Assembly (NCBI RefSeq): GCF_006345805.1
Contig: NC_043005.1
Location: 40,858,001-40,922,000 of the forward strand
Length of the DNA: 64,000 nucleotides
Direction of reading: 5' to 3'
Origin: Octopus sinensis
Lineage: Eukaryota
Numbering within the stretch: position 1 is the first letter of the stretch; every line of letters begins with the position of its first letter. The notes under the pieces are model-generated. The model worked only from the letters and a program-made list of their open reading frames with translations. It was not told the DNA's origin and searched no databases. The position numbers and the translations under genes are program-made. This document shows, piece by piece, positions 27,790-42,612 of this stretch.

Positions 27790-28187
27790 GGCAGTGAGCT
27801 GGCAGAATCATTAGCATGCTGGGCAAAATACTTAGTGGCATTTCGTCCATCTTTACATTCTGAGTTCAAATTCTATGGAGGTTGACTTAATCTTTCGGAG
27901 TCGATGAAATATATACCAGTTATGCACTGGAGCTGATGTAATCAACTAGATGCTCCCATACCTATAGTAGAAAGGATTATTATTTGTGTTATCATTAAGG
28001 CAGCGAGTTAGCAGAATGCTTAGCAGCCTTTCATCTGTCCTTACATTCTAATTTCAAATTCCACCAAGGTCATTTTTGCCTTTCATCTTTACAAGGTCAA
28101 TAAAACAAGTACCAGTTGAACACTGGGGGGGGGGGTCAATGTAATTAACTTATCCCCTCTCCCAAAAATGCTGGTCTGATGCCAAAA
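27527..28187 (+). mobile_element. Three head-to-tail copies of a second SINE family separated by (ATT)n
   Basis: Each copy starts taagg(t/c)ag(t/c)gag..cagaat and contains a ttct(a/g)a(g/t)ttcaaatt core. Starts near 27527, 27787 and 27996. Other copies at about 31690-32000(-), 41985-42225(-), 42290-42545(-), 52438-52670(+), 57290-57430(-). Confidence 0.8.
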
Positions 28188-28562
28188 TCATTATTATATT
28201 ATTATCATCATCATCATCATTATTATAATTACTTATTGTGACTTATGATTATAATAACTACAAATATGAATAATTTATAAATACAATCACAAAAAAAAAG
28301 TTGAGAGGTTTCTATCAAGGAAAATAATGGGCCAGACCATTATTGTATAAATTTTTTCTGTGTGTGTCTGTGGGAATGTGTTAGGTACAAAAGTATATAT
28401 CACAGCAAGAATTGGAGTGTCTACTTGGTTAAAGTTGAACAAGTCACATTTACAGTGTATGAATATATTTTTTTGTACAGTAAATATATTCTGTTGTATT
28501 TAAATTGTATGAATATATATTTTTTGTACAATAAATATATTCTGTTGTATTTGAAGTGTATG

Positions 28563-28593
<31 letters not shown>

Positions 28594-31500
28594 GCATCTA
28601 TCTATCTGTGTGTGTGTGTGTACATTATATACTAATTGTGAGAAAAATCCTAAATGTTAAATTGTATTTATAATTCACCAGAAGAAAAGATTTCTTTTTT
28701 TTACATGCTGTAACTGATTTCTTCAGACACACACATACATACACGTGTATGTATGCAAGTACCCATGGAGGAGGAGGAATTTCTGAAATGTCTGATGGTC
28801 CAGTCTTCAACCTGTAATGTTTTCCATACATTACATATCTATATTAAAAAAAAAAATCTCTTTATCATAAAGACCAACAGAAAAATGTCTGGAGGGTGTT
28901 TTTCTGCAAGCAATAATAATGAAAAGCAGCGAACAAAACACCATATGGTATCTGGTTATTTTCGCTATCTTTGCCAACTTCATTGCAATAATAATGTTTA
29001 TAATCAATAATAATATTCACTAAGGAACTTACCATCATACAACTAAATCCCTTCCCAACCTCCAACTTATTAATAACAATGGAGCAAAATTTTTTCGTAT
29101 TTTTGCACCATTTTTAAAATTATTTTTTATATTATTTTATTAAAGGAGAAATACTGATAATTGTTAATTTTGGAAATGGAGAGAAAAGTGATAAAATGTT
29201 AATTAAAAAATACACACACAATCCACATAGTCTTCTACTTCAAATCAACAATGATAGCAACACAAACAAGATAACACCGACAACAGAAACAACATTTACA
29301 TAACCAAAGTCTGACACTTGACCCAAAGCAATAGCTTAGAACAGCATTAAGAAATGAGAGCAGATTTTGGTAATTCACACATATATAAGAAATACACACA
29401 CTTATCAATTTGCAATAGGCTCAGATAGAAATACTGCGCTCACTAAACAACAGCTAAATATGATAGGTAGTATGATGCTGCTTAGTTTCAGCTCACATTA
29501 GAATGCAATCTATAGAATGATGTACTAGGATCTACAACTACCCCAATTCACATCACAGATATTTGATTTGTTACCACAATGCCATAGGGTTGGTCAAGTG
29601 AATCATTGTTTCATGTTTAAATGAAGCCACCAAAGTGCCATGTCAAAATGTCTAATTGATTATATTTGTGCCATAGGTCTACTCTTGCAAAAGTGACTAC
29701 AACTACTCAACAACATCAATCACCATCTAAATGGTTTTAGGGTAGCTTTCTCTTTGCATTGCTTTCATTGTTTTTAGACCTGTCTTATCTATAAGCATCT
29801 AAATTCAAATAACTACATCTCATGACAAAGTAAGCAGACTGGTTTGAAATCAGGTCTGACACAGGAAGCAATAACAAATGGCAGTGTATGGCAGATATGT
29901 GAAATGCAAGGTCAACTAGAAAAGGTGGTTAAACTACAAAGGCAATACTAATGCAACTGCATGTATTCTTAATCAAACTCTACAACTCTATTCTTATATC
30001 TAAAGCTCTATGCCTAAATAAGAACTAAAGAACCCTTTAAGAAAACAAGAATGTTATAACTTCTAATTTTCTCTTTATGCCTTAAACATAAGGCTGCACA
30101 CCTACATACATCCTATATATTTATAATGAATGCTGTTTAACTCCAGCTCATCCCTGAACAAGCAAACTTGACATCTTAACACATCTTTTAAAAGATATCC
30201 ATGACTACATAATGTAATGTGACCTTCCTAATTTTAAGACACAGCTGAAAAGATATTTGGTGGTGATTTCTAATAGGATGAATGGTTAAGTTGGTTAAGT
30301 AGTAGAGTTAACTTCATTGGTTTCTTATAATGCTGTTGGCAGAAATGGTAGAGAACTAAACACTTTAAAGCATTTCATTATTCTTGTTTACATTACGAGT
30401 TGAAATCTCAAATCTTTACTTTTTTAAAAGACTCAGAAGAATCTGAACTCAGAATCCTGCAGTGATTGACTTTTGCTTTTAACTCTCTAGGGTTCATAAT
30501 GATAAAAGGAGATCAATTACATTAACCATACTCTCTTCTCTAAACTTTTTGGCATTGTACCAATGTAAGAAATCATCATTATTACTTGTTTGTTTACACA
30601 GCGCAGCTCCCAATTACAGGAAAAGGCAATATCTTTCCCTCAGGGCTGAATGAAAACTTCAGACAAAAAGCACTTCATAGATTTCTCATTCTTGATAATT
30701 GTTTGAGGTAAAACAGCAGCAGCTAAATTGTTATTATTACTGTTGTTGTTGTTAATGATATGGCTGCGCGGTTAACAAGTTCACTTCACAACCATGTGGT
30801 TTGTGTTCAATCTTATTGTGCAGCACATTGGGCAAGTGTCTCCTACAGCAGTCCCAGGTCAGCCAAAGCCTTGAGAGTGGATTTGGTAAACAGAAATTGA
30901 AAGATGTCCAACACAGACACACACATATACATATATATTATAATATGTGTGCATGTGCATGTACACATGCATGTGTATGCATGTTTGTGGCTCTGCTTGA
31001 CACTACATGCTAATTGTGAACAAATGCCACTGTCATACAATCAGTGACAATCGTTTACAATCTTACATGAAAACATGCCCACCAGCTATGCTGCCCATGT
31101 TCAAAAGACTAAAGGAAATATTATCAAGCTTGAAAGCTGGTGAAGAGGGTTGGAGACAGAGAGAGCACCAGGTTATTTAAAATCTGCTTCAACAAATTTC
31201 ATCTGGCATTAAAGTGATGATGATGATGGGGAATGATTGTTTCTAATACAAAGTCTAAAATCTGACTACTACTTTAATTTGGAAGTGATGACTGTGCCCT
31301 GCATGGTTACTGGCTGCCCTTTGGCAAAGCTTAGTGCCTGTGCACCTGTTCAGCCACTCTGCCAAGAGTACAGTGAAGTAATGGGACTGCAGCATGGCGG
31401 ATTGTAAAAAGGTAGTGGAACAGTTCAATTGAGTCAATGATTCTTACATGGATGTTGAGCAGAGGAATCCTAGAAGATCAATGGTCAGGACCACCGAGTT

Positions 31501-33789
31501 CTATCAAGAGAGTAACTGCAACACACCAATAGGGGTGGTGCCCATGGTTGTGCAACCAGTTAATGAAAGATTCACTATGATTATGTTCCCAATCCAAATT
31601 CATAATAATGAAAGTGGGTGGTGATAGAGAGTCACGGTATCCACAAATGCAGCATAAAAGAAGTTTAAAAAATTACCCCAAACGAATCAGAGTCAAAGTT
31701 GACCTCAGTGTAATTTTAACTCAGAACAATAAGATCCACAGCTGAATACTGTAACACATTTTGTCTGGTGTACTAAGGCTACTGTCAATCAACCACTCTA
31801 ATTCCTTCTAGCATATGCACAAAGTTTGAAATTTAGAAGAGGAGCTAGTTCATTTGTCTGAATCCATACTTGATTGATATTTATTTCATCAACTCTGAAA
31901 ATTTGAAAGCAAAGCTGACCTCTGCATGATTTGGATGTAGGACATAAAGAGCTAGGTCTAAACACCACAAGGCACTGCTCAAAGGATTCCCTCAATACAT
32001 TATTCCCAGTGGTGGAAGGAAAGAGGGAGTCATAGATTGTTGTTGAACATTTCCAAATTTGATGATCAATATCTACCTTGAATGTAATTAAAGGAAAGTA
32101 CCAGTAATACATTAGAGTTAATTTTAATAACTATATTTATTAATTCTCTATGAACTGTCCAACCCATACCAGCATGGAAAACAGACATTAAATGATGATG
32201 ATGACTCTTCAATTAAGGATCTTAAAAATATCAATATTAGTTTCCTTCCTTTCAAAGTAATAACGATTTCAAATATAAAAACTGTAAAAAAATCTAGAGC
32301 AAGAGAGAGGAACTCTGTGATGTGGCATTGGTAATGGTGGCAGCTTCCTGAGAGAAAAGTGGAGAGAAAGAGAAAAGGACATGACAAGAGCATGAAAAAA
32401 AAAAAAAAGAAATGAAGACAAAAAAAGAGAAGATAAAGAGAAACCATAGATGGATATGAGAGAGAGAGTAAGGGGCTCAAAAACGGAAGTAGAAAAAAAG
32501 ACAAACAAGATAAAGGGGGAGAAATAAAATGAGTGATAAATAAACAACAGGAACTTATGTAAACAGCAATCAACATTAAGACAGAGAATATTTCCCCTGC
32601 AGGTGATAAGTTTTGAAAATATATTAATGAAATATCAAGTAAATTGCTTTTGTGGTGGTAGCAGAAGGCAGTAGATGCCAGTAATAGTAGCAATGGTATT
32701 CACGGTGACTGAGATAGTGGTGCACTGATGGTTGTAGTTCTGACAATGGTAGTTAAAATAGTAGAAATAGCATTAGTTAAGATGATGTCAAAGGCAACAG
32801 TTGTGATGTGGCATTGGTTATAGTAGCAGTGGTGGTGGTTCTGGTGATGATGCTATGGTGTTGACCATGGTGGCAGCGGTATTATTTCTCTTACTGTTCA
32901 TTGAGCAGCAACAAAGTTGATAGTGCCCGATGTTGAAAATATTGTTGCTCAAGTTGATGATAATGATGATGATCATAACAAACACGGATGCAGATGGGCT
33001 GTTCTTGTTAGTGCTAACATAACTGTTCTTTAATATAATATTGTTATATGTCCTTTAAGTGGTGGTGAAGAAGTAGTTGTTGGTAGTTAATGATTGCAGT
33101 GCAGTTTGTGCTTTGTATCTCCAAGGGATGTTCTAAAATTATATTAAATTCGAAGAAAAATGAAAATAAATATATTTCTTAACAACACTTAATTCTGTTT
33201 TCAATGTGGTGGTCACAGTAGTAATGGTGGCAGAGGTGGTGAATGTAGTTACATACAGTAGGAATAACTGATAAGAGGTGTTGGTGGTGATAGTAGCGAT
33301 AAATATGGTGGTGGTGGTGGTAATTTTTAATGCACAAATGAGTTGGTGGTGTGGTGTGGTTGCCAGTCTGGTTTTGGTGATAGTGATGGTGTTGGAGGGA
33401 TTACAGTCATAAGACTATTACTAAGACTAACATATTTTCACAAATTACAAAAGAAAAACAATCTTCCAGCAAAATTTTTATCTCAAACACAAACATATCT
33501 ACACACATTATGTACACATACAAATACACACACACACACACAGTATATACATACATATATTCATTATGTTTGTTTTTATGTTCAGTTAAAATAAAAACAA
33601 TTTTACATTAATCTGATGGGTTACTCCATGCTTTTTGTACAGTACATATTTAATATTCTTCTACAAGAATGTTGTTGACAGAGACTTTGAAGTTTCAGCT
33701 AGCTAGCCTATCCTCCAACAATGGTTTAGCAAGCTGAAACGCTGAAGTCACTGTCAACAACATTATTGTATAAGAATAATAGATATAAA

Positions 33790-33808
33790 TGCATACATAT
33801 AAGTATAA

Positions 33809-33883
<75 letters not shown>

Positions 33884-33994
33884 TATATTTATATGTAAGT
33901 GTATGTGTATATATACACACATATATATACAAATGTATATATGTGAGTGTATATATATATATATAAATATATACACACATATACAAACACATAT

Positions 33995-34027
<33 letters not shown>

Positions 34028-34035
34028 CATATATA
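33790..34035. repeat. Compound TA/CA low-complexity tract
   Basis: Direct inspection; source of several spurious Y/I/T/H-rich ORFs. Confidence 0.95.
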
Positions 34036-35901
34036 AATGGAACAAAAACACAATAGAGGGCATTAAAACATTCAGACAGATAGATGACACAAATGCAGAC
34101 AAGAGAAACAGCAATTAGGACAGGCAAAAAAGATGGGTTATTCCTGGCTTTCTTTTTTCAGTCAAGTACCAGAAGTCACGACCATTTTGGACAGTTACAC
34201 TTGAAATGGTTCAATCTGGTTGTCTACAAAAAAGTCTAAGCTAAGAGCATTAGACCTCTTTGTAAGAAAGCTAGTGAATGTGTACGGCAACAAAGACAAA
34301 AAACAAACAAGCAAAAAACAAAGAATATGGTACAAAATTACGAATACAAACAAGAAATAACAACAGGCGTCTTTCGACTGAGAGCGATTCAAATTGAGCT
34401 GGCGTGTATGGAGTGAAAGCCTAAAGGCAGGGACATAGGAGATGGACACAAGATGTGTTGATGGTCGGCAGTCAGGCCAAGAAAGAAAGATCATGGCTGC
34501 CTGGACACCGGTCATGTGGAAAGAGGAAAAATGGGTAGGACAGCAGGATTGAAGGATTAGAAAAAAATAAATGTATAAACACACACACAAACACACGCAT
34601 ACATTTATATATATATATAATAAATCGCTGAGTAACATACACATATACATGCAAGCATAGAATATGTACGTTAAAACAATGATGAAGATAATTCATTCAC
34701 ACAAACACACATATATATCAAATATGTGGTTATAAAGGCTGAACTATGAATGTAACAAAAACACTTTCACACAGTTTCAAATATTGCAAAGGGGCACTTG
34801 TATGGTTTACTTGACCTCCAATAATCACTAAAGCTGCCTCAAATTACTCCCTGTAATTTTTATGAAGCAAGACAGATATATTGGATATTGTTATTCTAGA
34901 TAGAATAACTAAAAAACCAATACAAAAGACAGAATGGTCATGGTTGGAATGCCATTAAAGTTGATATGAATATACAATTTACAAACTACGCACAATTTTT
35001 AAGCACTTTACAAAACCACTCACACTACTTAAGACTATACACAATGTACAAACAGCATACATACATACACACACACACACAATATTTATTTACAGACATT
35101 ACACATAGCTACAGCTGTTCACAATTTGCACACACCACACTTACATCTACAGTTTAAAAGATATAACATGGGAAGCTCTATGTCTAGTGTTTCTCGAACT
35201 GCTTTAACTATCTCCTTATTTTTCTTTTAAAAACACTTTTACAGACCCTCTTGGTAGGATATATTCCCCACCCATTTTTAATGTGAAGTTATGTAATGTC
35301 AGGCGAGATTAATTATGCTCCTACAACTAATTTCAAAGTGGGTGACAACTTACGATATTATCATCCAATAATTCTACTATAAGCAAATATTTGATGAATT
35401 ATTGTTTGACCTAACCTGCAGCAGGTATACATTCTTTGTGCCTCACATATGCTCCATAGCTATATCTTTATATTCTGAGTTACAGTTGTAGTTTCTTTGC
35501 TTACACACACTCATATTGATTTCTCTGCCCACACACAAGGTAACACATGTCTATACATTATATATCTATTATAAGGTTAACAGATGACAACCACAGCTAA
35601 AATCAACACTATTTAAACATGTACATACGCATATTTTATATATATATATATATATATATTACATAAAGATAGTTATAGCCAGTCTATGGAATTACCCTGG
35701 GTTTTATGTCCCTAAAGCTCTTAGCTTTACTCCATGTCTTCAGATCCTAATCCAGATTAGGGTCTGAAGAGATGCTGTAAAGTTAAGTGCTTTATGGATG
35801 TGGAACCAAGGGTACCCGCATAGACCAGCCATAACTACCTTTATCTAATTTCTGCTCTATAACTTAAAGCGTATTTCTCTTTCATATTTATGATTTACTG
35901 A

Positions 35902-35942
<41 letters not shown>

Positions 35943-35943
<1 letters not shown>

Positions 35944-36518
35944 AGGGTGGCCCAAAAGCAGGTTTACAGTTATCATGTAGGCACTTTAAATTTCTTTTAA
36001 AACATTTTACTACATTAAAATTTCTATCTTATAATCATATTATTTATGCACATCTTAAACAGGCAATGTTTAATCTCTCAGATGTGCAAAATGTCCTCCT
36101 TCAACATTGCAACATTATTCAAACCTCTTGAGAACACTCTGAAACACAGTGCAGCACAAATTTTAATCTCCATCAGTTTCAGTGAATGCATCAGAAATGT
36201 AATCTTAATTCATTTACTGTTTTGGGATTCTTCTCATAAACCTTGTTCTTTACAATGCCCCACAAAAAAGAAATTTTTTGGTGTCAGGTCAGGTGAACAT
36301 GATAGCCATTCGATGCTGCCCTATCTTCCAAACCAACGCTGTGGAAAGGCTTGGTTAAGGTAGTCTCTTACTATCAACGCATACGAGCTTGACAAAATTA
36401 ACTAAATTAGCATAGAATAATGGTTTCATATTTTTTTATAATTAAGATCTAAACTGTTAATATATGAATGTGAAAGATATAGTTGAATAATTGTAAACCT
36501 TACTTTTGGGCCACCCTG
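35943..36518 (-). mobile_element. Internally deleted Tc1/mariner-superfamily element
   Basis: TIRs cagggtggcccaaaag(c/t)a(a)ggtttaca at both ends, inserted at a (TA)n tract. Minus strand retains IEWLSCSPDLTP..FLWGIVKNKVYEKNPKTVNEL (transposase C-terminus, with frameshifts). Confidence 0.85.
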
Positions 36519-38599
36519 TATGTATGTGTATATACATATCCAAATTGAGGGAGTGGAATGGGTAAAATGCAGGCTGCATATATTTCTTAGCTAGCTGATC
36601 CTCTGATGTAATAGTTACTCAATGAGGGGTACTCAACTTAGCTAGTCATCAGGCTTCACTGCATTTGTAGCAACTCTAGTTGCAAACCGTGAACTATAAA
36701 GAAACTATCAGCTTATTGAATTTCCTCGTAACTTTGATATAAATTGTTATAGTTCCTGATTGTACACTGTCCACTTTTTGTTCTTTATAACTGTCACAGG
36801 CTGCTTAAAGCTTACAAACTTTCTACGTTTGGATCCCTGGCTGTTACCCTTTTATGTTGATATATATATTCACATACAAGTCAGGATGTTTCCTAAAGGT
36901 ACAAGTGCAGTGGTTGTCTTTATTGCATGTATGGAAATAATGACAAATTTTTTTGACAATTTCTTTTAAATCATATTTTAGTTGTTTGTAATTTACATGC
37001 ATATGTTGTATATATTTGGGTTTGTTTTGGTTTGTTTATTTTTTCATTTAATCATTCACATATTGAAGTCTATAATTATTTTTTATGCTGTCACTATTAG
37101 AAATGCTTGTGGCTGACAAGCAGTTTATCACAATAATACATTAATTTTTTTTAAAGTTAATATTTAAATAGAAAACTAAAAAACATACTGTACAGATGCA
37201 TATATCTCTTACAATCCCTTCGTTCCAAGTATCTATCTAAATTTTTCCTGGCACCACTATGGGATGGCACTGCTTACTTAGGAAAGTACTAGTCTAGATG
37301 GTAACTTGACCTACTGGTGATAGCAACCAAATCTCCCGTAAATCATATTTTAGAGGCACATGTTGAATGATGTAATCTTATAACAAATTTAAAAGACAGG
37401 CAGCACACATCCGGTAAAATATATTCATCATGCTACTTCCAAACGCTGAGTATTCTCTGCATTTATGACATTATTCATGCAAAAGAAATAAAAGAAAATG
37501 TTTTAGCTGTCAACACACTTATCAGCTTGATTTCATTAGCCCAGTTTTAACTAGAGTCTTGACAAGCCAACAAGAAAACCTCTATATAATCATTCAATCA
37601 ACTAGAAAGAACAGCTAAATCTGCTACGTATCAGACTCTGCTATGCAATTGCTGATTTAGTAAAAGAAAGTAGTTCTAAAAACATTAGCATAAAATATCT
37701 TATTTCAAATGACAGTAGTGAGAGGGGAATAAAACTAATTTTTCCAACAACAGCTTCCTTCATGAGTGCAAGAGAAATTTGGGGTCATAAAAAGATAAAA
37801 AGTTAGAATTGTAATCTTTAGAAGACTACTCAGAAAGAGATGGCTAAATTCTCAAGTTAACTATTTTTCAGTCATTTCAAACAAAAAATATAGGGAAGGA
37901 ACAGATGGGATAACTGGATGAGGAAATATAGGAAAGGGAGGTCTTAAGTCAACAATGTTTATAGCTCCAATGGTTAGTGGTGAGCTGGTTTGTATAAATA
38001 AATAAAATTGTTACAACCTTTAGCTGAAAGGAATTTATGGGACACTATACATAACTTATAGTGTATGCAAATTATGTATACCATATTAGAATATTCACAC
38101 ATTGGTGTATAGGCTGGTATGTTATAAAATGTCTGTGTGTATATGCAGGCGATTTAGTGTATGTGTTGAAAAAAAAGAAATAACATGAAGAGTGTTAAAG
38201 TATTAAATAAACGCTTATCTGGCCATGACATGTAAAGCTGCACCATCCTGTTTGTCCTACATTGCATATCAAATATGTAGGGTAATGACGGTAGAGACTG
38301 GTAGGGTGGTTCTGTCTCAAGCAGCTCTGAGCAAAAAAAAAAACTTAGACAAAAAGCAAAGTAAAGCCAACTGGATTCAAATGGAGAACAGAATTTACAA
38401 GTTGAAACTGCATTGAGTCACTAAACTAGCTCCAACAAAGTATCGCCTACACAACCTCCAATGTCCTCTTCTTCACAATATCCACTTTTTACATAGACTT
38501 GAAGACTTAAATAGAGACAAATGATCAAGTAAATATTGTATTGAACTGCATGCTCACAGGTTGTTTATTCAAAATCCACTCCTACTGCCATTTTTTATT

Positions 38600-38977
38600 T
38601 TATTTTTTTACTTTTTACTTGTTTCAGTCATTAAGACTGTGGCCATGCTGGGACACTGCCTTTAGAAATTTTAGTCAAATGAATCAACCCCAGTACTTAT
38701 TTGTTTTTAAACCTGATACTTATTCAATCAGCCAAATTGCTGAGTAACGGGGATGTAAACACACCAACACCAGTTGTCAAGTGATGGGGGACAAACACAC
38801 ACACACACACACACACATGATAGGCTTCTCCCAGTTTCCATTTACCAAATCCACTCACAAGGCTTTGGTTGGCCTGAGGCTGAAATAGAAAACACTTGTC
38901 CAAGGTGCCAAAGTTGGAGTGAACCTGGAACCATGGCGTTGAGAAGTAAACTTCTTACCACACTGCCATGCCTGTGC
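38600..38977 (-). mobile_element. tRNA-derived SINE, same family as 26330-26762
   Basis: Reverse-complement match over the head, internal (CA)n and tail. Confidence 0.75.
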
Positions 38978-41644
38978 CTATATTTATTTCATTTTTGATT
39001 TTTTTTCTTTGGTGAAATGCTGGATTCTAAATTGCCTAAGATCACTTAACTTTAGAGAAAGATACCATATCATCCCTAGGAGACAATTTATCATACTGGG
39101 CAATTACAGCTGAGTACCAGCTGTCAACAATCTCCTTCAGATGTAAGGGGATTTATCTACTTATGATGTAAGAAGGAATAATATGAAGTTGTGGTGTTTG
39201 GTCTTTGTCAAGGATATAAACAAGGTGGAATAGGTCTAACAAGAAAAACCTGAGTTACAGACTTTTGCCAATACATGATTTTGAATTTACATAAGAGTAT
39301 ATAGATTTGCTTTTGTGACATTCATAGGATTCTTGATGCCATTAACAGGGATTCCAAATAGGAATGAAAATGTTATCCTTGATGATACGTTCCAAAACAA
39401 TATCTCTATTCTGCTGGGTTCATAACGCTCTACAAAATAATAATTGTTCCTGATTGAGTCACAAGGCTAGAAATATTGAGCAAAGGAGGTTTAGACAAAA
39501 CTATTGACCCCAGTACTTAGCTGGTATCTTATTTTATCCACCCTTCGAGAATGACTACCAAATAATAATGAAATATTTTCATAAGACATAAAATGATTTC
39601 AGTAACAGGATTATTCTTGAAAAGTACTGTACAGTATGTTACTAATGCTTATTGTATTGACTCCAAAAAATGAGAAAAAGCAAGTTGACTCCATGTAAAC
39701 TCTGACCTAAAAATGTAGTAGCACAACAAAATGTTGTTTAGTCTATCTCTTTATCATTTGCACAAAAGCTTCCTAAACTTTTCACATTAACCCACTTCTT
39801 AAAAGTAAAATATTTTTCAACAAATTTTGTTAACAAAATTATTACTAAACAATTGAATATATTGCATGTCACCAGTCATGTGTCTAATTCTTTGCAGAGT
39901 TGATAGGTGTCAAATATATTTTACTACCAAATATTTGTAAAAATTTATCAGGCACATGTCGTCAGAAATTACTCAACGAAGGCAGTTGGTGACCTTTTTG
40001 CAGTAAAACACAGGAAAAATAAGTGAAACACAGGCATGCTCCTGAATTGAAGGCAAATCTATTTCTGCTTTTATGGCACGTGAAGGAAACGGTGTTGTAG
40101 AAACATACACAGCATGAGTAGTACAGCAGTACTATGTGTACCTTAAATACTGAGATTGAAAAGCAAGGGTGAATTATGCCTACCTAATCTACAAAAAAAT
40201 AAAACATTTTGCATTTTATGCATAGTAATAGGCTAACCTTCATAATTTTATTGAATTAGGGGCATATTTTGCCATGAGAGGAAAATGTTGCTAGCGATCT
40301 ATTTTATTCAAGACAGGCACTGCCTACCTTCCTACTTAGGCAGCATATCCCTGGTGTATGTGTGTATATATATATATATAAATATATATGTATACACATA
40401 TCTATATACATATATTTGTATACATATCTATTCTTTGAAAGCCTAGTACTTATTTTATTGGTCTCTTTTGCCAAACCACAAAGTTACAGGGACGCAAACA
40501 CACCGGCATCAGTTGTCAAGTGATGGTAGGGGAACAAACACAGACACACAAGCATATACATACATACATACACATATATATATACTTACATATATATATA
40601 TATATACATACATATGTATATATACATACATACGTGCATATATATATATATTTCTGTGAGAGTTAGAGGTTGGGAAGTCAACCAACTAAGGGATAGCATG
40701 GAGGATGTTGCTGCCTCTTGGCAGAAACAGCTGTAAGGAACTGATCTTATACGCTTTCCTGTAATATTAATTAATACATGTGTGTGTAACACATATTTAC
40801 TACATGTGTATATACTCTTGTATCCTCCCCATTTTCTCTTATTTGCTATTTATATATATATACATACAGAGAATTCACGAAAAAACAAAAGACGAAGACA
40901 GGTAGTGTAGACAACAAACAGATGTATTAGTATAATGCTCGGGAAGTGAAAAAGTCTTTAACGTTTCAGGCTTACGCCCTTCCACAGAAAGAAACAAAGA
41001 GAGAAAATAAAGAATGTGTAGTGGCTAGTGATCTAAACTTGGCTATCATATTTTCCCTGAAATTGAAAGCATGTTGCTGATTCCATTTGTTAACATCTCA
41101 TTTACCTTTATAAGAAACAACAATAATCTGGGAATGTTGCTTAGTACTTTAACACACAAAGCTGGAAAATGTATTTGCAGAGGTTATTGAACAAAAGCAA
41201 AATGATGCAGCACTCAGCCCTAAGATTATAAATGGCTTCAGTAATTTTGTTTTACATTTTACTTTTCTTATTTTTCATTCATTCATAAACATCATGCCCA
41301 GAGTAAGATGAACAGGGAGGGATAATTAGTAAGGTTAGTGAGAAATATAAAAGACATGTGTAAGATTGGCTCTGGTGGAGATAAAGGGTAGCTTGAGGAG
41401 AGGTTTAGTTACAGAAAAGGAACGTGAAAAGAAACTGTATAACAATGACTTGATAATAAAGGTTTGCAACATGAGAAGAATGGTTGATCAAGCAGATGCA
41501 GTTTCACAGAAGGTCAATGATAAAATGGAAATAGAAAGGTAGGAAAGTAGATGTAATAAGGATGTAAGGATGGGAAAACATCAAGGCAATTTCACAGACT
41601 TTTTTCCGAATAATGATTGGTTGGTTTGTGTACAACTAATTTAA

Positions 41645-41864
41645 TACTTTAGCACTTAAGCTGGCCATATCTGGCCCAAATGTCCTATCTGCTTTATGGT
41701 CAGACTGGCCAGATCTGATCTCAACTGCCTATTCTACAATGTCATTCTAAAAATATACAATTATATAATCAAAATTTTCAAGCAATGAAATAATGTATAA
41801 TTAATTCAAAATAATGTGAATAAATAAGCATTATATATGATATAGCAATCCAAATTCTAAGGGG
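41645..41864. mobile_element. piggyBac-type MITE, family B copy 2 (degenerate)
   Basis: TTAA flanks and the shared interior ctggccatatc(t/c)ggcc...aatgtgaataaataagcatta. Confidence 0.75.
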
Positions 41865-42572
41865 TTAAACAATAAACTCTACAGGTGAGAAGAAAATAGC
41901 CTTAAATTAAAAATAAATTAATAAAACACTTAAAACAAACCTATAAAATGGATTGACAGATAGACAGATGAGAACATTTACTGATTGCTGGAATCAACAG
42001 TTAAAATTTAAATGCACAAGGCATGAAACTTGGGGGAGGGGACTAATCAATTACATCGACTACAGTGTTCAACAGGAATTCATTTCATCAACCTCAAAAG
42101 GATGAAAGGCAAAGTTAACCTTGGTGGAATTTGAACTCAGAATGTAAGGACAGACAAAATGCTGCTAAGCATTTTGCCCGGTGTGCTAACAATTCTGCCA
42201 ACTCACTGCTTAATCAGTAACACTATTCTCATGATCTTTGCTGCTGAACCCACATTACAATCACTTCATTTATATGAGCTAAAGAGGAAACCTATTCAGT
42301 TCCCCAACCTGCAAGAAATTGCAGCAAAATTTTCCTCAAAAATGGGTTTAAAATTTTGGCACAAAGCCAACAGGTTTGGGCGAAGGAATAAGTTGATTAA
42401 ATTGACCCCAGTATTCAACTGGTACTTATTTTATCGCCCCCGAAAGGATGAAAGGCAAATTCGACCCTGGTGAAATTTTATCTCAGAACATAAAGACAGA
42501 CAAAATTGTTCAATATGCTAATGATTCTGCCAGCTCACTGTCTTAAATCTTCTACAAATATTACCTAACCAT

Positions 42573-42612
<40 letters not shown>

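Noticed and set aside
27527-28187. Repeat-spacer-like periodicity suggestive of CRISPR
   Set aside because: Units are about 200-bp SINEs separated by microsatellite, the DNA is eukaryotic, and there are no cas genes.
29032-29064. 33-nt minus-strand segment with a GTAAGT donor
   Set aside because: The acceptor has almost no pyrimidine tract, and the segment introduces a stop in the STX6 phase; too weak to report.
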